Positions 1 to 8,098 of a DNA stretch of 64,000 bases are shown in pieces. The position numbers and the translations under genes were made by a program. Position 1 is the stretch's first letter, and each line of letters begins with the position of its first letter. The DNA lies in contig JBAZVM010000003.1 in the NCBI GenBank assembly GCA_041660885.1, forward strand, positions 38,894 to 102,893. Reading direction: 5' to 3'. The DNA is from Patescibacteria group bacterium (GTDB taxonomy: Bacteria > Patescibacteriota > Patescibacteriia > UBA9570 > JAHJKD01). Below the pieces are notes generated by a model. The model saw only the letters and a list, made by a program, of their open reading frames with translations. It did no database searches and was not told where the DNA came from.

Positions 1-132
1 TTCCTCTTCGGCGGTGAAAGCATCCGCTATTTCGCTCTAACTTTATTCGTCGGCATCGTCGCCGGTACATATTCATCTATGTTTGTGGCTTCTCCATTTT
101 TATTAATCTTTCAAAAAATATTTAAAAAATAA
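1..132 (+). CDS. secF: Protein translocase subunit SecF, C-terminal fragment (5' end outside window)
   Basis: Frame 1 is open from the window edge to TAA at 130-132. The translation FLFGGESIRYFALTLFVGIVAGTYSSMFVASPFLLIFQKIFKK matches the conserved last TM helix (GTYSS.F.ASP) of SecF/SecDF. Confidence 0.55.
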   Translation, partial: FLFGGESIRYFALTLFVGIVAGTYSSMFVASPFLLIFQKIFKK

Positions 133-138
133 TTATAA

Positions 139-3096
139 ATGGCTACGCGCATTGAGATAAAATACAAAAAAAACATTTTAGATACTCGTGCGCAAGTACG
201 TTTAAAAAAATTATCTTCGGACTTCCCTAAAATAAAGGAAGTTTTTTTAGTTGATGTTTATACTATCAACAAATCTTTCAGCACCGAACAATTAAAATCC
301 ATTGCTTCAGCATTGACTAATCCTGTTGTTCAGGAATATTTCTTGTCGGAATCCGCCATAAAAGAAGGTTTTAATTACGCTGCAGAAATCGGTTTTTTGC
401 CCGGTGTTACTGATAATACCGGCCATACGGCCAAAGAAATTATTGAAGACATGCTAAGAATAAAATTTCAAGATGATGAAGATGTATATTTTTCTCAATG
501 TACTTTAATCAAAGGGAAAATCAGCATTAAAGAAGCGAAAAAAATAGGCGATAGTCTGGCCAACAGTTTGATCCAAAGAATTCACATAAAAAATATAGAG
601 CAATACGCGAAAGAAGATGGCATGGATATTATCGTGCCCAAAGTAAATCTAGAGAACGCAATCAATGTTTTGAATGTCGATTTAAATGTTAGCGATAAAG
701 AATTAATAGAATTGGGCAAAAAAGGCATAGCCGAAGAAAATGGAAAAAGGCGCGGGCCTTTGGCTTTGGATTTGAAATCTTTATTAGCGATAAAAAAATA
801 TTTTGGCAAACACAAAAGAAAACCGACTGATATTGAGCTGGAAGCGCTCGCCCAAACATGGAGCGAACATTGCAAACATACTATTTTCGCCTCGCAAATC
901 GATGAAATAAAAGACGGTTTGTACAAGCATTATATTAAGCGGGCTACGGCGGAAATACGCCGTAAAAAGGGAAAAAAGGATTTTTGCGTATCCGTATTTA
1001 AAGATAATTCCGGCGCCATTATTTTCGATGATAAATGGTTAATAACCGATAAGGTGGAAACTCATAATTCACCCTCGGCGCTCGATCCTTTCGGCGGCGC
1101 CATTACCGGCATCGTGGGCGTAAACCGCGATACCATAGGTTTCGGCAAAGGCGCTTTGCCCGTGATAAATAAATATGGCTATTGTTTTGCCTCTCCTTTC
1201 GATGTTGAGCCGATATACAGGGATAAAGAAAAAAAAGATAAGATGCTTTCCCCAAAAAGAATTCTGGAAGGTGTGGTAGCCGGGGTAAACGCCGGAGGAA
1301 ATTGTTCCGGTATTCCCACGCCGCAAGGATTCGTTTATTTTCACGAGCGCTATAAAGGAAAGCCTTTAATATTCGTGGGAACAGTAGGGTTGATACCAAG
1401 AAAAATTAACGGGCAAAACAGCTGCGAAAAAAAAGCCAAACCCGGAGATAAAATTATTATGGTTGGCGGAAAAGTGGGAGCCGATGGCATACATGGAGCT
1501 ACCTTTTCTTCGGAATCTCTTTCTTCCGGCAGCCCGGCCACGGCCGTACAGATTGGCGATCCGTATATGCAGAAAAAATTTTCAGACGCCATTATAAAAG
1601 AGGCCCGAGCACAAAATTTGTACAATTCCATTACCGATAACGGCGCCGGCGGATTGTCTTCTTCCATCGGTGAGATGGCCAAAGAAGCGGGTGGCTGTGA
1701 AGTGTTGCTTGAGAAAGTACCGCTAAAATATCCCGGATTGCAGCCTTGGCAAATTTGGATTTCCGAATCGCAAGAAAGAATGTCTCTGGCCGTACCAACG
1801 GAAAAAGTAGATCAATTCATGGATCTGATGAAAAGAAGAGGCGTAGATGCTTGGGTGATCGGAGAGTTTAATGATTCCGGAAAATGTGTGGTGAAGTATA
1901 ATAATCAAACAGTGCTTGATTTGGATTTGGAATTCATGCACGATGGCAATCCCGAATATATTTTAAAAACTAAATGGAAAAAGCCGACAATAAAAACACC
2001 AAAGATAAAGAAGATAAATCAGAAAAAAATATTTTTAAAGTTATTATCTTCTTTAAACAATGCCTGCTTCAATTTTGTTTCTTATCAGTACGATTACGAA
2101 GTTCTGGGCGGTTCACGCGTGAAACCTTTGCATGGCCACGGGCAAGTGAATTCTCTTGCCTCGGTTACCAGGCCAGTTTTGCATTCTAAAAAAGGCGTGG
2201 TTTGCTCGCAAGGGTTGTATCCCACTTATAGCGAACTTGATCCTTATAATATGGCCGGATGCTCCATAGATACGGCTGTCAGAAATTGTTTGAGTGTCGG
2301 CGGTTCGCTTGATAAGCTAGCTTTATTGGATAATTTTTGCTGGTGCTCTTCCAATGAACCGGAGCGCTTGGGCCAATTAAAAGAAGCCGCTCGCGGGGCT
2401 TATGATTTTGCCAAAGCCTTTGGAACTCCTTTTATTTCCGGTAAAGACAGCATGTTTAATGATTTTAAAGGATTTGATAAACAAGGAAATCCGATAAAAA
2501 TTTCTGTTCCGCCCACTCTTTTAATTTCTGCCACCGGTGTGATTGAAAACACAGATCATTGTGTTACTTTAGACGCAAAAAAAGAAGGAGATTTAATCTA
2601 TGTACTCGGTGAAACTAAGAATGAATTAGCCGGAAGCGAATATTATCGTGCGCTACGCATTGATGGCGGTAAAGTGCCTGTGGTCGATTATAAAACTGCC
2701 ATTAAACTTTATAGAAATTTAGAAAAAGCCATACAGAAAAAAGTAATCGCGTCTGCGCAAAGCATTATATGGGGAGGATTATTAATGGCTTTGGCTAAAA
2801 CAAGCATTGGCGGCCGTTTGGGTATGAAAATAGATTTGGCTAAATTAATAAAAAGCGACGATGTTAATAAAGACGATATCGCTTTATATTCAGAAACCCA
2901 AAGCAGATTGGTTGTTACTGTTTCTCCAAAAAATAAGAAAATATTTGAGAAATTATTCATAAATAATCAAACCTCCTTGATAGGAAAAATTGTTAAAAAT
3001 AAATTTATTATTAATGGATTATCCGGCAAAGAAGTCATTAATGTTTCCATCAATGACTTGGAAAATAATTATAAAAGAACTTTTAAGAATTTTTAA
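139..3096 (+). CDS. purL: Phosphoribosylformylglycinamidine (FGAM) synthase subunit PurL with an N-terminal PurS-like extension (985 aa)
   Basis: The PurL hallmark WSEHCKHTIF lies near residue 240. There are AIR-synthase-like repeats (GGAITGIVGVNRD, DNGAGGLSSSIGEMA, ISGKDSM). The protein is about 200 aa longer at the N-terminus than stand-alone PurL, and it is followed by purQ and purM. Confidence 0.9.
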   Translation: MATRIEIKYKKNILDTRAQVRLKKLSSDFPKIKEVFLVDVYTINKSFSTEQLKSIASALTNPVVQEYFLSESAIKEGFNYAAEIGFLPGVTDNTGHTAKEIIEDMLRIKFQDDEDVYFSQCTLIKGKISIKEAKKIGDSLANSLIQRIHIKNIEQYAKEDGMDIIVPKVNLENAINVLNVDLNVSDKELIELGKKGIAEENGKRRGPLALDLKSLLAIKKYFGKHKRKPTDIELEALAQTWSEHCKHTIFASQIDEIKDGLYKHYIKRATAEIRRKKGKKDFCVSVFKDNSGAIIFDDKWLITDKVETHNSPSALDPFGGAITGIVGVNRDTIGFGKGALPVINKYGYCFASPFDVEPIYRDKEKKDKMLSPKRILEGVVAGVNAGGNCSGIPTPQGFVYFHERYKGKPLIFVGTVGLIPRKINGQNSCEKKAKPGDKIIMVGGKVGADGIHGATFSSESLSSGSPATAVQIGDPYMQKKFSDAIIKEARAQNLYNSITDNGAGGLSSSIGEMAKEAGGCEVLLEKVPLKYPGLQPWQIWISESQERMSLAVPTEKVDQFMDLMKRRGVDAWVIGEFNDSGKCVVKYNNQTVLDLDLEFMHDGNPEYILKTKWKKPTIKTPKIKKINQKKIFLKLLSSLNNACFNFVSYQYDYEVLGGSRVKPLHGHGQVNSLASVTRPVLHSKKGVVCSQGLYPTYSELDPYNMAGCSIDTAVRNCLSVGGSLDKLALLDNFCWCSSNEPERLGQLKEAARGAYDFAKAFGTPFISGKDSMFNDFKGFDKQGNPIKISVPPTLLISATGVIENTDHCVTLDAKKEGDLIYVLGETKNELAGSEYYRALRIDGGKVPVVDYKTAIKLYRNLEKAIQKKVIASAQSIIWGGLLMALAKTSIGGRLGMKIDLAKLIKSDDVNKDDIALYSETQSRLVVTVSPKNKKIFEKLFINNQTSLIGKIVKNKFIINGLSGKEVINVSINDLENNYKRTFKNF

Positions 3097-3097
3097 T

Positions 3098-3868
3098 ATG
3101 AAGCCAAAAGTACTAATTTTATCCGGTTACGGCTTGAATCGAGAAAACGACGCGGTATACGCTTGGGAAAAAGCCAAAGCAACCGTGGAAATTGTACATG
3201 TCAATGATTTAATAGATTATCGGAAAAAGTTAGATGATTATCAGATTTTTATGATACCCGGCGGATTTTCTTATGCCGATGAAACGGGTTCGGGTAATGC
3301 TTTGGCCAATAAAATAAAATATAATTTAGGCGGCCAATTGATAAAATTCATCAATGACGGAAAATTAGTTTTGGGAGTCTGCAACGGTTTTCAAGTTTTA
3401 GTTAATTTGGGGTTACTGCCGGGCATAGACGGCGATTACGAATCAAGAAGAGTGGCTTTGCAGTACAACGCTTCTGCTAGATTGCAGTGCCGCTGGGTGT
3501 ATATTAGAAATCAGTCCAAGAAATGCGTATTTACCAAAGGCATTAAAGATATTATTTTTTGCCCTGTGGCGCACGGAGAAGGCAACTTATATACTGATAA
3601 AAAGACGCTTAAGATTTTAAAAGACAACGACCAGATAGTATTTAGATTCGTTAATGAAAATGGTTCTCCGGCCAAAGGAAAATTTCCTATTAATCCTAAT
3701 GGCGCGCTAGAAGACATAACCGGCATTTGCGATAGTACCGGCCGGGTTCTTGGCATGATGCCGCACGCGGAAGACGCGGTAAATTTAACTAATTTGCCGG
3801 AATGGTCTACAATAAAGAAAACTACCGGTTTAAAGATCTATCAAAACGCTGTTAATTATTTTAAGTAA
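3098..3868 (+). CDS. purQ: FGAM synthase glutamine amidotransferase subunit PurQ
   Basis: Starts MKPKVLILSGYG and contains the class-I GATase nucleophile elbow GVCNGFQ and the HGEG motif. I chose the ATG at 3098 rather than the upstream ORF-track start at 2990, which overlaps purL. Confidence 0.85.
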   Translation: MKPKVLILSGYGLNRENDAVYAWEKAKATVEIVHVNDLIDYRKKLDDYQIFMIPGGFSYADETGSGNALANKIKYNLGGQLIKFINDGKLVLGVCNGFQVLVNLGLLPGIDGDYESRRVALQYNASARLQCRWVYIRNQSKKCVFTKGIKDIIFCPVAHGEGNLYTDKKTLKILKDNDQIVFRFVNENGSPAKGKFPINPNGALEDITGICDSTGRVLGMMPHAEDAVNLTNLPEWSTIKKTTGLKIYQNAVNYFK

Positions 3869-4115
3869 ATATAAATGAATTGTCCGCGCCATCGTTCCGT
3901 TGTTACCCCCGTAGATCATACTTGTCATTGCCATGACGGCGAAGTTAGGCAATTATGCCATAATTATCATTGTCGAAGGTTAAAATGCCCTAGAGCTTTA
4001 CCGGGCAGGCAACGGCACAAAGATGTGCCGCACCATAAACCAAGAAACATCACGGAAAAAACCATGAAATTGTTAGATCGTGTTTTTAAAAATTTTTTAG
4101 ATTAAAACAATCATT

Positions 4116-5159
4116 ATGGATTATAAAACAGCGGGAGTAGATGTAAAATTAGGTGATCAAGCTTCAAAGATTTTATATCAAGCCGCGCAAAAAACATGGG
4201 CCAATAGAAAAGGCTTGGGAAAAATATTTTCACCAAACAAAACTTTTTCCGGCGTTCGAGTGATTGATGTTTCTCAAATGCCGAAAAATACCGTGCTTTG
4301 CATGGGGTTTGATGGTATTGGCACTAAAGTAGAAATAGCTCAGCGTTTGAATATGCATAATACCATGGCTTATGATTTGCTGGCTATGACCTGCGATGAC
4401 GCGGTAATGGCCGGAGGCGAACCGGTTTTAGCCGGATCGGTTTTAGATGTGAATAGTTTGGCCGGAAATATGGACGCCATTAAACAATTGGCTTCCGGTT
4501 ACGTGAAAGCCGCTAGAGAAGCGGGGGTAGCCATTATCAACGGCGAGCTGGCGGAATTGGGAGCGCATATCGGCGGGTATGGCAGGTTTCATTATGCTTG
4601 GAGTTCAACAGTAGTATGGTTCGGCCGCAAGGATAGATTATTTGATGGACGAAAAATAAGAAAAGGGGATTATCTGGTAGGCTTGAAAGAAAATGGTTTT
4701 CGTTCCAACGGATTATCTTTAGTGCGCAAGGTTTTAAAAAATAATAATCATAGAACTATTTGGGAAAAAGTTTCAACGCCTTCAAAAATATACACCAAAG
4801 CGGCCGTAGCCATGTTTGGCGGGTATGATAAAAAACCGCAGGCTAAAGTTCATGGCATTGCCCATATTACCGGCGGCGGCATTCCCGGAAAACTAGGCAG
4901 AGTATTAAAACCATCCGGATTAGGAGCAATTATAAATGATCCTTTTGAACCGCCAGAAATAATGAAATATTGCCAAAAAATTGGCAAAGTAACAGAGAAA
5001 GAAGCCTATTCAGCTTGGAATATGGGGCAGGGAATGGTAATTATAACCCCGGAACCGGATAAAGTTATTAATATTGCTTTGAAAAATAAAATAAAAGCTA
5101 AAGTAATTGGGGAGGTTGTGCATAAATCCGGAATTACCATTAATAGCACTAGATTTTAA
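4116..5159 (+). CDS. purM: Phosphoribosylformylglycinamidine cyclo-ligase (AIR synthase) PurM
   Basis: N-terminus MDYKTAGVDV; motifs GFDGIGTK, DDAVMAGGEP, INGELAE and AHITGGG are typical of PurM. Confidence 0.9.
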   Translation: MDYKTAGVDVKLGDQASKILYQAAQKTWANRKGLGKIFSPNKTFSGVRVIDVSQMPKNTVLCMGFDGIGTKVEIAQRLNMHNTMAYDLLAMTCDDAVMAGGEPVLAGSVLDVNSLAGNMDAIKQLASGYVKAAREAGVAIINGELAELGAHIGGYGRFHYAWSSTVVWFGRKDRLFDGRKIRKGDYLVGLKENGFRSNGLSLVRKVLKNNNHRTIWEKVSTPSKIYTKAAVAMFGGYDKKPQAKVHGIAHITGGGIPGKLGRVLKPSGLGAIINDPFEPPEIMKYCQKIGKVTEKEAYSAWNMGQGMVIITPEPDKVINIALKNKIKAKVIGEVVHKSGITINSTRF

Positions 5160-5174
5160 CATATCTTAAATTAT

Positions 5175-5203
5175 TTGACAGTTTGTCAACTTTCTGCTAT
5201 ATT
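5175..5203 (+). promoter_or_regulatory. Sigma-70-type promoter upstream of the 5243 gene
   Basis: TTGACA (5175-5180), an exact 17-nt spacer, then TATATT (5198-5203), about 40 nt upstream of the ATG. Confidence 0.5.
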
Positions 5204-5242
5204 ATAGGAGTTCAATTTTATATTTCTTTTTAATTAAAAAAT

Positions 5243-6397
5243 ATGAACACCGTAAACATAGAAAACAAGGATAAGGGGGAACTGTTTTCTTCGTCTATTT
5301 TAGACAAAATCATATCCAGCAAGGAGGATCAAGAAAAATCTGAATTTAATCCCGGAGAGGTTATCGCTCAATTGCTTAAGAAATTAAACCAAAAAGAGGC
5401 CGATGTATTAAAAAGACGCTTTGGTCTTTGTGATTTCCCGGAAGAAACTTTGGAAATTATTGGTAAGCGTTACGAGGTAACCAGAGAACGCATCCGACAG
5501 ATCGAAAGCTTGGGCGTAAGAAAAATTGTGGAAGATAAGAATTTTAATATCAGCATTCGTCCGGTAGAGCATGTATTAAGCAATCTTTTCAGCCAGTACG
5601 GCGGAATAATGGAAGAAGAGTATATGCTTAGCCAGCTTTTTATTACCAATCATAACCAAAGCGACGAACAAGCCGTTATATTTACTTTAGGCGAATTGTT
5701 AGATAAACGTTTTTTTTACGTTCAAAGCAGCGCTAAATATCGTTCCGGTTGGAGGCTGCATCTTACTTCCTTGGATTTTGTCGATCAAACCATAGAACAA
5801 TTGATCGCTATTATTGCCAAAGAAAATAAACCCGTAACTTTGGAAAATCTTTTTACCGCGTTTTCTCAAACGGAATTTTTTAAACAGCACAGCGCTCAGT
5901 TAAACGAAAAATCCGTAGAATCGTATTTGGAAATAAGCCAACAAATTTCTAAAAATCCTTTTAACGAATACGGCTTGGTAAATTGGGGCAGCATAATCCC
6001 GAAGCGCATGAATGATAAAATTTATATTATCATGAAAAAAGAAGGTAAGCCCATGCATTTTACTGAAATCGCTTCAAAAATCACTTCTGTTTTCAAGAAA
6101 AAAGCCTATCCGCCAACCGTGCATAACGAATTAATTCTCAACGATAAATACGTTTTAGTGGGTCGCGGCATATACGCCTTGAAGGAATGGGGCTATAAAG
6201 AAGGCGTGGTGGCCGATGTGCTGGTAAACATTTTAAAAGCCCAGCAAAAACCCATGGGCAGAGACGAATTGCTGCAAGAAGTTCTTAAACAAAGAATAGT
6301 GAAGAAGAATACCATTTATTTGGCTTTGACTAATAAAAATAAATTTAAAAAATTAGCAGACGGACGTTATATTATTGCGCCGGAGCAAGTTCAATAA
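5243..6397 (+). CDS. DNA-binding protein with a sigma-70 region-4-like HTH and a C-terminal HARE-HTH-like domain
   Basis: LKRRFGL..ETLEIIGKRYEVTRERIRQIESLGVRKI is a sigma region 4 signature, and no region 2 is present. The C-terminus MHFTEIASKI...VLVGRGIYALKEWGY resembles the HARE-HTH of RpoE-delta type proteins. Confidence 0.6.
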   Translation: MNTVNIENKDKGELFSSSILDKIISSKEDQEKSEFNPGEVIAQLLKKLNQKEADVLKRRFGLCDFPEETLEIIGKRYEVTRERIRQIESLGVRKIVEDKNFNISIRPVEHVLSNLFSQYGGIMEEEYMLSQLFITNHNQSDEQAVIFTLGELLDKRFFYVQSSAKYRSGWRLHLTSLDFVDQTIEQLIAIIAKENKPVTLENLFTAFSQTEFFKQHSAQLNEKSVESYLEISQQISKNPFNEYGLVNWGSIIPKRMNDKIYIIMKKEGKPMHFTEIASKITSVFKKKAYPPTVHNELILNDKYVLVGRGIYALKEWGYKEGVVADVLVNILKAQQKPMGRDELLQEVLKQRIVKKNTIYLALTNKNKFKKLADGRYIIAPEQVQ

Positions 6398-6418
6398 AAA
6401 CAAATACAAGAATTAATT

Positions 6419-8095
6419 ATGGATAGCATTAGCGCTATAGCAGGGGCTATAATTCAGGAAAACGGCAATAATCCTTTTGCCGTATTTTGGTTCTTAATAC
6501 AGCATGGCGCTTTAATATTTGTTTATCCTTTTTTTGTTAAATTTTTATTTGATGGCTGGCTGGAATGGACGCGCGGAATAGTAAAACATAAGAGAAAATA
6601 CGTTTTACTTTCTGTGAACGTTCCCAAAGACAACGAGCAAAGTATGAAAGCCGTAGAACAGATGTTCACGCACATTTACGGGGTGAAACAAGTGCCCACC
6701 TTTACTAAAAAGTATTGGGGCGGCTGGTCTCAGCCCTTAATTTCTTTTGAAATAGAAAGCGATGGCGGCTATATCCAATTCTATATTCGCTGCTGGGTGG
6801 GGCATCAAGATATTATTGAAGCGGCTGTATACGCTCAGTATCCCGATGCGGAAATAAAACTGGTAGACAAAGAAAAAGATTATACCAATAAAATCAATTT
6901 AAAAATGCTAGAAGACGGCACATATGATCTGTATGGGTCCCAATTGCTTTTAGACAATCCTGATATTTATCCCATACGCGGATGGCGCGGATGGGAACAT
7001 CCCATGCCCGGAAAATTTATCGATCCCTTAGCCGCGGTTCTGGAAATGATGAGCCGCATGCAGCCGGGCGAGCATTTTTGGTATCAGATAATGACAGAAC
7101 CAGAGCCATTAGATCATTTAAGCCATGAATGCCAAGAACAGATTAATAAAGTAATTGGCGAACATAAAGCGGCCGGACCGAATATTTTAGATAAAATTTT
7201 AGACATACCGGTAAAATTTCTAGATATCGTGCATGATACTGTTTTTGGCGGCGTGGAAGGTGGGGATCACGCCACGGAAAAACCGGACAAAAGAATTTTT
7301 TTGGTGGAATACGAAAGAGAAATGGTAACGGAATTAGACATGAAGCGTTCCCGCTGGCCGTTTAAATGCAAGGTGCGCTATGTATATTTTGCCAAAAAGG
7401 AAATGTTCAACATAGAAAAAGCTCATCGCAGTTTTATGGGCGCCATTCGCCAATATAAATTTTTAAACAATTTTCATGAAGGCCGGTGGACTACGGTGGA
7501 CTTGGATGACACCTATTGGTTTGATACTTATTACCAACCGTTTCAGAAAACTCGTTTATTTTGGCGCAAGCGCAGCTTGATGCGCAATTATAAAATGATG
7601 GATATGGAACGCGGCGAAGGCGAAGGCTACGCTATGAACACGGAAGAGCTTGCTAGCTTGTACCACTTCCCGCAGATTGACGTACGCGCGCCGTTTGTAC
7701 AAAAAGCGGAAAGCCGCCGTATGGAGCCGCCGACTCAATTGAACTTGGAACAGCAGGAAACCCAGAAAGGCCCCAAGATCGAAGTAAAAACCGAAGTAGT
7801 GGCTGAAGGGGAAGATTTAAATATTAGCACCCCGGTGCCAAAACCCGCCGAAGCAGAACCAAAGATTAAACCGATTATAATAAAGCAAACCGATGAGCAA
7901 ATTGCTTATCATGAAAAATTGCAGCGCGAGCAAGGCTATAAGCCCATGGATAATGTTGATGGCACCACGGCATGGCCTGAAGGCGAAACTCCTGATACAA
8001 TAGAACAGCCGATAAAAGTTCAACCAGTTAGTTTGGAAAAAGATAATAATTCCGGTAGTGTTGGCGGCCCTCCGCCGAATTTACCAGTGGCATAA
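6419..8095 (+). CDS. Hypothetical membrane protein (558 aa) paired with the downstream T4CP-like ATPase
   Basis: Long ORF with an N-terminal hydrophobic segment (FAVFWFLIQHGALIFVYPFFVKFLF) and a Pro/Lys/Glu-rich tail. It ends 4 nt before the next gene. Confidence 0.7.
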   Translation: MDSISAIAGAIIQENGNNPFAVFWFLIQHGALIFVYPFFVKFLFDGWLEWTRGIVKHKRKYVLLSVNVPKDNEQSMKAVEQMFTHIYGVKQVPTFTKKYWGGWSQPLISFEIESDGGYIQFYIRCWVGHQDIIEAAVYAQYPDAEIKLVDKEKDYTNKINLKMLEDGTYDLYGSQLLLDNPDIYPIRGWRGWEHPMPGKFIDPLAAVLEMMSRMQPGEHFWYQIMTEPEPLDHLSHECQEQINKVIGEHKAAGPNILDKILDIPVKFLDIVHDTVFGGVEGGDHATEKPDKRIFLVEYEREMVTELDMKRSRWPFKCKVRYVYFAKKEMFNIEKAHRSFMGAIRQYKFLNNFHEGRWTTVDLDDTYWFDTYYQPFQKTRLFWRKRSLMRNYKMMDMERGEGEGYAMNTEELASLYHFPQIDVRAPFVQKAESRRMEPPTQLNLEQQETQKGPKIEVKTEVVAEGEDLNISTPVPKPAEAEPKIKPIIIKQTDEQIAYHEKLQREQGYKPMDNVDGTTAWPEGETPDTIEQPIKVQPVSLEKDNNSGSVGGPPPNLPVA

Positions 8096-8098
8096 AAT

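Noticed and set aside
582-2960. Multiple 60-114-aa ORFs on the minus strand or in other frames within purL (for example 582-926, 1350-1682 and 1974-2189)
   Set aside because: They are fully nested in a well-supported PurL coding region, have low-complexity or odd composition, and lack start signals. They are shadow ORFs.
2990-3097. Upstream ORF-track starts: 2990 for purQ, 10484 for the lipoprotein, 45540 for the PSP1 protein, 47851 for the zinc-ribbon protein and 57400 for the secreted protein
   Set aside because: Each extension overlaps the upstream gene or a promoter element, or it precedes a much better start such as an ATG directly before a signal peptide or with a GGAGG RBS. I used the shorter gene models.
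3875-4105. A 76-aa ORF (MNCPRHRSVVTPVDHTCHCHDGEV...) between purQ and purM
   Set aside because: It has no RBS and a Cys/His/Arg/Pro-rich composition unlike every real protein in the window. It lies in a GC-rich, hairpin-rich spacer, so I treat it as non-coding (see the finding on a candidate regulatory RNA).
3869-4115. Assignment of the purQ-purM spacer to the ZTP (pfl) or purine riboswitch class
   Set aside because: There are partial resemblances (GACGGCGAA, ACCGGGCA). However, I could not find the invariant CCGCCUGGGC 3' element of ZTP or the purine-riboswitch J2/3 and L2/L3 consensus in the correct order. I left the class unassigned rather than name one.
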